DNA from: Clostridiales bacterium
GTDB lineage: Bacteria; Bacillota; Clostridia; Christensenellales; CAG-314
Direction of reading: 5' to 3'
Assembly (NCBI GenBank): GCA_022508325.1
Contig: JAFLVL010000001.1
Location: 2,328-66,327 of the forward strand
Length of the DNA: 64,000 bases
The notes beneath the pieces are model-generated. The model did not search any database. It worked only from the letters and a program-made list of their open reading frames with translations, and had not been told where the DNA came from. Each line of letters opens with the position of its first letter. Within the stretch, counting starts at the first letter, position 1. Position numbers and translations under genes: made by a program. Of the stretch, positions 56,801 through 64,000 are shown in pieces.

Positions 56801-58995
56801 TTTATTCGGTCATCGTGGACATTTCCGCAAGCGAAGTGGATAGAATATTCGACTACAAGGGCGAGGGCTACAAGGTTGGCACTCGCGTTTTGGTTGATTT
56901 TGCCCACAGAAAAACCGAAGGATATATCGTTTCCGTCAAGGAAACTACCGACTACGACCCGAGCAAAATAAAAGAGATAATTCATCCTCTCGACGACTTT
57001 GAGGCAATTTCAAAAGATCTGCTCGAGCTTGGGGAGTTCATGCGGCGCGAGTATCACCTGCGCTGGGTGGACGTATTGCGGCTGTTTATTCCCGCAGAAA
57101 TGCGTGGCAATAGGGTAAAGGTGCTGTCAAAAAAACAGATTTGTTTGGCTACAAACGACAGTTTGGACGTGATACTTAGTTCACTGAAACCCAACGCCAC
57201 GTTGCAGAGGGATTTGGTGACTTTTTTATATCTCAACGGTGCAACGCTTGCCGAGACGCTTAACAACGAATTTAGTTATGCGACGGTTAAGGCGCTAGTA
57301 AGTAAAGGAATACTGGAAGAACATGAAATCGTAATACGTCGCACGCCCTACAAGGATTTGAAGGTCGCTTCGGCAGACAAAAAGGTCCTTCTTGACTTTC
57401 AACAACGCGCGGTAGACACCGTTTTGTCCGACAGAAAAGGTAAGTATCTTCTTCACGGCGTCACAGGCAGTGGCAAAACGGAAGTGTACCTGACAATTAT
57501 GGAACAAATCGTCGCCGAAGGTAAAACTTGCATTATGCTTGTGCCGGAAATATCTTTGACGCCCAGTATGCTGCGCCAACTACGCGAACGGTTTGGCGAT
57601 ACGGTGGCGTTAATGCACAGCGGGTTGTCTATTGGCGAGCGTTACGACGAGTGGTTGCGGTTGAAAAACGGCGAAGCGCAAATTGCCGTCGGTGCTCGAA
57701 GCGCGGTATTTGCGCCATTGCAAAATATTGGCGCAATTATCATCGACGAGGAGCACGACAGCAGTTACATATCCGACTTTAATCCGCGCTACAACACGGC
57801 AGAAGTGGCAAATTTCCGTGCGGAACAGAACGGCGCCTTGCTGCTGCTGGGGTCTGCTACGCCCAATCTAGGCAGTTATTACGCGGCAAAACAGGGCAAA
57901 CTGAAGCTTATAGAAATGCCACAGCGCATCAATCAAAAGCCGTTGCCCAAGGTTGAAATTGTCGACATGTCGCTAGAGACTCGCAGGGGCAACAGAGGTG
58001 TATTCTCCAACGTTCTCAAGCAAAGGCTTGCCGAGACTTTAGAAAAGGGCAATCAGGCAATGCTGTTCCTCAACCGTCGCGGGTATTCGTCGTTTCTCAT
58101 GTGCACGAAGTGCGGCTACGTCGCCAAGTGCGCAGACTGCGACGTAAGTCTGACCGTTCATCGCGAAGATAATATGCTCAAATGCCATTATTGCGGCAAG
58201 CATTACTACATGCTTAATAAATGCCCCGAATGTCACGAGAGCAGTTTCAGAATGGGCAAAATCGGCACGCAACAGGTGGTTCAGCTTTTGAATGAAATGT
58301 TTCCCAACGTTACAGTGCTGAGAATGGATGCCGATACGACGCAGACAAAGGAAAGTCACGCGAAGATTCTCGAAGCTTTCCGCAAGGGTGAAGCGCAAAT
58401 ACTCGTTGGTACGCAGATGATAGCTAAGGGACACGACTTCCCCAAGGTCACTCTAGTTGGCATTTTGGACGGCGATCAAAGCCTTCATCACTCCGACTAT
58501 TTGGCGACGGAGCGAACCTTTCAGCTTATCACGCAGGTAGCGGGACGTAGTGGGCGCAATGAGGACACGGGAACCGTGGTGTTGCAGACCTACACTCCAA
58601 CGCATTATTGCTTACAGCTTGCGGCTAAGCAAGATTACCTTGGTTTTTACAAGAGAGAAATCAGTCTAAGGGAAGCATCGGCATTTCCGCCGTTTGCTGA
58701 GATTGTACGAATTCTCTACCAGGGCGAAAAGGAGAATGATTGCATAGACGAGTTGACCGAACACTACGCCGAGCTGTCAAATCTCAAAGGCGAATATTCG
58801 GCTAGCTTTTACTATATGGACAAGATGCGTTGCCCCTTGAAACGCGCAGAAAAGAAATACCGTTTTCAGATTTTGTTGAAGCTCAATAAGGACGCTTTGG
58901 AAGAGGTGTTACCTAGAATTCACAGCATCTGCGACGACAAAAAACGCAGTAGTGTGCAGGTGTTTGTAGAACGCAATCCGCAAAGCTTATCATAG
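56797..58995 (+). CDS. priA: primosomal protein N'
   Basis: GVTGSGKTEVY, DEEHD and a Cys-rich zinc region. Confidence 0.95.
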   Translation: MIYSVIVDISASEVDRIFDYKGEGYKVGTRVLVDFAHRKTEGYIVSVKETTDYDPSKIKEIIHPLDDFEAISKDLLELGEFMRREYHLRWVDVLRLFIPAEMRGNRVKVLSKKQICLATNDSLDVILSSLKPNATLQRDLVTFLYLNGATLAETLNNEFSYATVKALVSKGILEEHEIVIRRTPYKDLKVASADKKVLLDFQQRAVDTVLSDRKGKYLLHGVTGSGKTEVYLTIMEQIVAEGKTCIMLVPEISLTPSMLRQLRERFGDTVALMHSGLSIGERYDEWLRLKNGEAQIAVGARSAVFAPLQNIGAIIIDEEHDSSYISDFNPRYNTAEVANFRAEQNGALLLLGSATPNLGSYYAAKQGKLKLIEMPQRINQKPLPKVEIVDMSLETRRGNRGVFSNVLKQRLAETLEKGNQAMLFLNRRGYSSFLMCTKCGYVAKCADCDVSLTVHREDNMLKCHYCGKHYYMLNKCPECHESSFRMGKIGTQQVVQLLNEMFPNVTVLRMDADTTQTKESHAKILEAFRKGEAQILVGTQMIAKGHDFPKVTLVGILDGDQSLHHSDYLATERTFQLITQVAGRSGRNEDTGTVVLQTYTPTHYCLQLAAKQDYLGFYKREISLREASAFPPFAEIVRILYQGEKENDCIDELTEHYAELSNLKGEYSASFYYMDKMRCPLKRAEKKYRFQILLKLNKDALEEVLPRIHSICDDKKRSSVQVFVERNPQSLS

Positions 58996-59002
58996 GTGAA
59001 TT

Positions 59003-59461
59003 ATGGCAAGAAGAAACATTTTAAAAATGGGCGACCCGCTTTTGAGAAAAATAAGCAGGCCTGTAGAAAAGTTTGACGAGAAATTACACGTGTTATTGGA
59101 CGACATGATCGAAACGCTGCATTCTGTCGGTGGCTTGGGACTTGCCGCGCCGCAAGTCGGAGTGCTTAAACGCGTCTGCATTGTCGAATATGACGACGAA
59201 CTGTATGAACTCGTCAATCCTGTATTGGTCAAAAGCTCGGGCAAGTGTGTAGACAACGAAGGTTGCTTATCTGTTGTCGGTTTTCGCGGTTTGGTGGAAC
59301 GCCCCGAAAAGATTGTCGTAGAGTACTTTGACCGCAATGGCAAAAAACATACCCAACGCGCAGAGGGCTATTTTGCGCGCGTATTTTTGCACGAAATGGA
59401 TCATCTCGACGGTATTCTGTTTGCCGACAAAATGATTAAAAAATTGAGAGAAGACGAGTAA
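59003..59461 (+). CDS. def: peptide deformylase
   Basis: EGCLS and HEMDH. Confidence 0.95.
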   Translation: MARRNILKMGDPLLRKISRPVEKFDEKLHVLLDDMIETLHSVGGLGLAAPQVGVLKRVCIVEYDDELYELVNPVLVKSSGKCVDNEGCLSVVGFRGLVERPEKIVVEYFDRNGKKHTQRAEGYFARVFLHEMDHLDGILFADKMIKKLREDE

Positions 59462-59465
59462 CATA

Positions 59466-60389
59466 ATGAAGGTAGTATTTTTGGGTACGCCCGATTTCGG
59501 CGTGCCTGCTTTAAAAAAGATAATGGAAAGTCACCAAGTTGTCGGTGTTGTTTGTCAGCCCGACAAGGTTGGCGCGCGCGGAAAGGTGGAGTTCTCGGCA
59601 GTGAAAAAATTCGCTTTGGAACACGGTTTACCGTTGTTCCAATTTGAAAAAATTTCTCGTGACGGCGTAAATTGTCTCAAAAGCCTTGCGCCCGACATAA
59701 TGGTAACTGCCGCGTATGGACAAATACTGTCGCAGGAAGTTATCGACATTGCCCCTCACGGAATCATTAACATCCACGGTTCGTTACTGCCCAAGCTTCG
59801 CGGCGCCGCGCCTATTCAGTACGCGGTACTGTTGGGACTAAACAAAACAGGTATAACCATCTTGAACACCGTGCGTAAGGTTGACGCGGGCGAAATCATT
59901 TTGCAGAAAAAGCTTGATGTGTTACCATATGAGACTAACGGCGAGTTGTTTGAACGCATGTCGCAACTCGGCGCGGACGCAGTAGTCGAGGCATTACACC
60001 TTATAGAAACAGGCAAAGCCGTCTACACGCCGCAAGTGGAAGAGGATGCGACCTTTTGCAGTAAAATTACTGCCGAGCAGGAACGTATTGACTGGAGTAA
60101 GCCTAGTGGCGAGATTATCAATTTGGTTCGCGCACTTAATCCTTCCCCCGCCGCTTGGACTGAGGTAGATGGAAAGAGACTCAAAGTCTATGCTTTGCGC
60201 CCGAGTGAAAAGGATTACCAAGGAGTCGCAGGTGAGGTTGTCGAGTGCGGTAAGAAGACACTTTCAATAATGTGCGGCGACGGCAAGGCGGTGAACGTTA
60301 TCGAATTACAGGCAGAGAATGCGCGCAAAATGGACATAGTTAGCTTCTTAAACGGCAGAAAAATTGCCATTCACGCGGTGTTGAAATAA
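59466..60389 (+). CDS. fmt: methionyl-tRNA formyltransferase
   Basis: MKVVFLGTPDF and HGSLLP. Confidence 0.95.
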   Translation: MKVVFLGTPDFGVPALKKIMESHQVVGVVCQPDKVGARGKVEFSAVKKFALEHGLPLFQFEKISRDGVNCLKSLAPDIMVTAAYGQILSQEVIDIAPHGIINIHGSLLPKLRGAAPIQYAVLLGLNKTGITILNTVRKVDAGEIILQKKLDVLPYETNGELFERMSQLGADAVVEALHLIETGKAVYTPQVEEDATFCSKITAEQERIDWSKPSGEIINLVRALNPSPAAWTEVDGKRLKVYALRPSEKDYQGVAGEVVECGKKTLSIMCGDGKAVNVIELQAENARKMDIVSFLNGRKIAIHAVLK

Positions 60390-61663
60390 TGAATACCGCA
60401 TTTCTGAAAAGCTTTGAGACGCTGTCGCAGGTTTACTCGGAAAAGGCGTTCTCAACTTTTGCGCTCAATAGAGCTCTCAACGCGTGTAAGCAACAGGACA
60501 AGGCGTTGATAACAAAAATCGTCTACGGCGTACTCGACAATGATATTAAATTGGATTACATAATATCTCGTCACGTCAAAAAAATGCCCAAAGGCGAGAC
60601 TCTGATATTTCTTAAAATCGGCGTGTATTGCCTGATGGATTTGTCTTTGCCCGTCTATACGGTGGTCAATGACGTAGCGGAGCTTGCCAAGCTATCGGGC
60701 GACAAGCGAATAGTTGGTTTCGTCAATGCCACCCTTAAAAACATTGCGGCAAATATTAAAGACTTTGACGCCTATCCGCAAGACCCTATTTCTCGGTTGT
60801 CAGTCGAGTATTCATACCCCGAGTGGGCGCTAAAAAAACTAATCAAAGACTATGGCTTAGAGGTTGCGACAAAGATTATTTCAACTCGCCTCGACAGCCG
60901 AACGACTGTGAGATTTCACGAAAAAACCGACGCCGACATCATAAGTAAAAAATATGGCGTAAATTCTGAACGGACGGTATTCGACGACGCGTTTTATCTA
61001 AAAGGCGCATTGCCGAGCAACAGTAGCGATTACACACCGCAAAGTTTGTCCTCTATGGCGATTGCAAGAATTTGCAGCAATTTGCTATCGGGTGTTGGCA
61101 GTTTTCTTGACTGTTGCGCAGCTCCCGGCGGCAAGTCAGTATACGTCAAACAGTTGCGTCCCAACCTTAAGGTGACGTCCTGTGACGTGCATGCGCACCG
61201 TGTGGGACTGATCGAGAGCTACGCCAACCGCATGGATGTAAAGCTTGAAACTCGCTGTCAGGATATGACTGAGTATTTGGCGGAATTTGAACAGGCTTTT
61301 GACATGGTGTTAATCGACGCGCCGTGTAGTGGCTTTGGCGTGCTTGATACTCGACCGGATATTAAACTTTTCAGGCAGAGCTTGGATATTTCGGAGCTAA
61401 TGAAGTTGCAATATGCAATTCTCTGTAACTGTTGCAATTACGTGAAGGTTGGCGGTCATCTCGTCTACTCAACGTGTACAGTATTCGACAATGAGAACGG
61501 TCAGAATATTCGTAAGTTTCTGAAGGAACACGAAAACTTTACTTACGGCAAAATAGCGTTGCCGCAATTCGAGCAAGCAGACGGCAAGGCGTACTATCAG
61601 TTTTTGCCGTACAAGGACGGCGTACAGGGTTTTTTCGTAGCCGTCATCATGAGGACGAAATAA
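60389..61663 (+). CDS. rsmB: 16S rRNA m5C967 methyltransferase
   Basis: NusB-like N-terminus, CAAPGGKS and DAPCSG. Confidence 0.9.
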   Translation: MNTAFLKSFETLSQVYSEKAFSTFALNRALNACKQQDKALITKIVYGVLDNDIKLDYIISRHVKKMPKGETLIFLKIGVYCLMDLSLPVYTVVNDVAELAKLSGDKRIVGFVNATLKNIAANIKDFDAYPQDPISRLSVEYSYPEWALKKLIKDYGLEVATKIISTRLDSRTTVRFHEKTDADIISKKYGVNSERTVFDDAFYLKGALPSNSSDYTPQSLSSMAIARICSNLLSGVGSFLDCCAAPGGKSVYVKQLRPNLKVTSCDVHAHRVGLIESYANRMDVKLETRCQDMTEYLAEFEQAFDMVLIDAPCSGFGVLDTRPDIKLFRQSLDISELMKLQYAILCNCCNYVKVGGHLVYSTCTVFDNENGQNIRKFLKEHENFTYGKIALPQFEQADGKAYYQFLPYKDGVQGFFVAVIMRTK

Positions 61664-62709
61664 TGGTACTTTTGCAGGATTTAACGCTATCTGAGTTAAA
61701 TCAATATTTGACGGAAAACTACGGCGTAAAGCCGTTTGTTGGCAAGCAAATATATCAATGGCTCACCAAGTCGGTGGATTTTGACGGTATGACTAATGTT
61801 CCCAAAGCGTTACGCGAGCAGTTGAAACAGAATTGCGTCGCCGTATCGTGCAAAATCATTCAAACGCTGACCTCGGCGCTGGACGGTACGCAAAAGTTTT
61901 TGTTTGAACTTCACGACGGCAACGTAATAGAGGGCGTGCTGATGAAATATAAGTACGGCAATACCTTGTGTGTATCCAGTCAGGTTGGTTGCCGCATGGG
62001 TTGCAAGTTCTGCGCAAGCACTCTCGGCGGGCTTGTACGCAATCTGTCCGCTGGAGAGATTCTGGGGCAGGTGCTCGCCGTCAACGCTCTCGGAAACGGT
62101 AAAGAACGGTACGTCACAAATATCGTTCTGATGGGAAGCGGTGAACCGCTTGACAACTTTGATAACGTGGTGAAATTCTTGCAGTTGGTGAGCGACGTCG
62201 ACGGTATAAACGTATCCGAACGCAATATTTCGCTGTCGACTTGCGGAGTAGTTCCAAAAATTCGCGCTTTAGCTGATATGGGGTTTTCTCTCAATTTGAC
62301 GTTGAGCCTCCACAACGCCGACAACGACGAACGTAAGCAGATTATGCCCATTTCCAACGCATATTCCGTTGAGGAGGCGGTATCCGCTTGCCGCTATTAT
62401 TTTCAAAAGACAGGCAGACGCGTGATAATCGAGTACACGCTCATAGACAAACAAAACGACAGCTACGCTCACGCTTTGAAATTAGCGTCATTGCTTAGTG
62501 ATATGTCGGTTCACGTCAATGTGATTGCTCTAAATCCTGTGAAAGAAACAGGTTTAAAGGGCACGAGCGAAAGCAATTTGAAAAAATTCATCGGGAATTT
62601 GGAGAAACTGGGAGTATCTGCAACGCGCCGTCGCACGATGGGGCAAGACATTGAGGGCGCGTGCGGGCAACTGCGTAGACGCTATTTGGAAGGTGGCAAT
62701 GGCAACTAA
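61663..62709 (+). CDS. rlmN: 23S rRNA/tRNA m2A methyltransferase (radical SAM)
   Basis: CRMGCKFCAS. Confidence 0.95.
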   Translation: MVLLQDLTLSELNQYLTENYGVKPFVGKQIYQWLTKSVDFDGMTNVPKALREQLKQNCVAVSCKIIQTLTSALDGTQKFLFELHDGNVIEGVLMKYKYGNTLCVSSQVGCRMGCKFCASTLGGLVRNLSAGEILGQVLAVNALGNGKERYVTNIVLMGSGEPLDNFDNVVKFLQLVSDVDGINVSERNISLSTCGVVPKIRALADMGFSLNLTLSLHNADNDERKQIMPISNAYSVEEAVSACRYYFQKTGRRVIIEYTLIDKQNDSYAHALKLASLLSDMSVHVNVIALNPVKETGLKGTSESNLKKFIGNLEKLGVSATRRRTMGQDIEGACGQLRRRYLEGGNGN

Positions 62710-63577
62710 ATTAGGTATTGTAGTTAAATCTGTCGGAGGAGTATTTACGGTGCGCGGCGATGACGGAAATAAATACGTCTGTTTTGCGCCAAAAAAATTG
62801 CGCTACAACGATTTGGATTTAGTAGTTGGCGACAGAATCAAATTTGATGACATTAAGCGAGGCAAAGGCGTCGTCAACGAGATAATCCCTCGAAAAAACA
62901 AACTTACGCGACCTGAAATTGCCAACGTCGACGTCTGTTTTATCGTTCTTGCCTGTGAACCGCAACCAGATTTGTACCTCTGCGATAAATTACTTATTAA
63001 CTGCTTTCAAGAAAAAATCGAGCCGATAATCGTCGTCAATAAAATGGATGTTTCCGCGAATGCTGCGGAGCAAGTCAAGCAAAATTATGCCTCCGTTACA
63101 GACATAATTTGTGTATCAGCTCTTGATAACGCCAGTGTTATGCAATTGACAAATTATCTGAAAGACGGCAAAGTCGCTTGCTTTGCGGGACAGTCGGCAG
63201 TGGGCAAAACGTCCATACTCAACGCATTATTGCCGAATTTTAACGGTGCAACGGGCGGACTTTCCGCTAAATCGGGGCGCGGTATGCATACAACGAGGCA
63301 CAGCGAATTGCATGCAGTTGGAGATGGCTATATCGTAGATACCTGCGGCTTCTCCCTATGCGATTTCAAGGGTATTCGTTCGGACGAGCTGCGATTGTAT
63401 CTCGACGATTTTGTCGAACTTTCCCACGGTTGCAAATTTACCTCTTGCACACACACCGTCGAACCCGACTGCGCTGTGAAGCTTGCGGTTGAACAGGGGC
63501 GGCTGTGCAATGCGCGTTACGAGCGTTATTTAGAAGAATATAGAGAGCTAGTTGAGATAGAAAAAAAACAGTATTGA
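62699..63577 (+). CDS. rsgA: ribosome small-subunit-dependent GTPase A
   Basis: NKMD and GQSAVGKTS (circularly permuted GTPase), plus a C-terminal Zn knuckle. ATG 62699 has a GGTGG SD. Confidence 0.92.
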   Translation: MATKLGIVVKSVGGVFTVRGDDGNKYVCFAPKKLRYNDLDLVVGDRIKFDDIKRGKGVVNEIIPRKNKLTRPEIANVDVCFIVLACEPQPDLYLCDKLLINCFQEKIEPIIVVNKMDVSANAAEQVKQNYASVTDIICVSALDNASVMQLTNYLKDGKVACFAGQSAVGKTSILNALLPNFNGATGGLSAKSGRGMHTTRHSELHAVGDGYIVDTCGFSLCDFKGIRSDELRLYLDDFVELSHGCKFTSCTHTVEPDCAVKLAVEQGRLCNARYERYLEEYRELVEIEKKQY

Positions 63578-63586
63578 GAGGTTGTT

Positions 63587-64000
63587 ATGAGAAAAATATT
63601 TGTGAGTCCGTCCATACTTACGGCAGATTTTGCTCGGTTGGAACAGGAATGTAAGGCACTCGAGAAGAGCGGGGCAGATTGGATTCATTGCGACGTCATG
63701 GACGGCAATTTTGTGCCTAATTTGACCTTCGGTATGCCTGTTGTTAAGAGTATTCGCAAGTGCGTCGTGTTGCCGTTGGACGTTCATTTGATGATTGACC
63801 GACCCGAAAGGTACGTTGCGCAATTTGCCGAAGCGGGCGCAAATCTCATAACCATTCACGCCGAAGCTACCGACGACGTGGCGGGCTGCTTGAAACTCAT
63901 TCGTAGCTGTGGCAAGCAGGCTGGCATCTCCTTGAAGCCCAATACCCCCGTCGAGGTTTTAGAGCAATATCGCGGACTGTTCGATATGATTTTGATTATG
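63587..64000 (+). CDS. rpe: ribulose-phosphate 3-epimerase (3'-truncated by window end)
   Basis: My own translation gives MRKIFVSPSILTADFARL...HCDVMDGNFVPNLTFG. Not in the ORF track because it runs off the window. Confidence 0.9.
   Translation, partial: MRKIFVSPSILTADFARLEQECKALEKSGADWIHCDVMDGNFVPNLTFGMPVVKSIRKCVVLPLDVHLMIDRPERYVAQFAEAGANLITIHAEATDDVAGCLKLIRSCGKQAGISLKPNTPVEVLEQYRGLFDMILIM

Overview
This 64-kb window looks like a chromosomal segment of a Firmicutes/Clostridia-like bacterium. That reading comes from gene content and order only, and no taxon can be assigned. I call 55 protein-coding genes, and most are housekeeping. They include lysine/DAP genes (dapA, asd, ddh, aspartokinase), valS, tyrS, groES-groEL with a CIRCE operator, lgt, pncB, cdaA, lepA-hemW, ppa, rtcB, rarA and pcrA-ligA. 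The conserved yicC-gmk-rpoZ-coaBC-priA-def-fmt-rsmB-rlmN-rsgA-rpe block is also present. There are two ABC systems, an Lsa-type ABC-F gene and a solitary mazF. I saw no rRNA, tRNA, CRISPR/cas, transposase, integrase or phage genes. Eight things are not routine. (1) A 1,341-aa N-terminally anchored acidic protein is built from six degenerate modules with iterated H-x-H-x3-C Cys/His clusters, and it lies 10 nt downstream of a GDPD gene; this is my best candidate for something undescribed. (2) A dense family of 60-100 bp nested-hairpin intergenic repeats (at least 7 loci) has imperfect 14-bp terminal inverted repeats and covarying inner stems, and several copies begin exactly at or inside stop codons. 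(3) Two composite repeat loci (7.3 kb and 27.3 kb) share a 39-nt identical block. (4) A small two-hairpin motif occurs twice with compensatory changes. (5) A 27-bp palindrome occurs four times, with the best copy upstream of a LysR gene. (6) A complete uORF/antiterminator/terminator attenuator precedes the ABC-F gene. (7) lepA and rarA appear to be leaderless. (8) mazF has no adjacent antitoxin. Functional interpretations of items 1-5 are inference and need database and structure searches that I cannot run.
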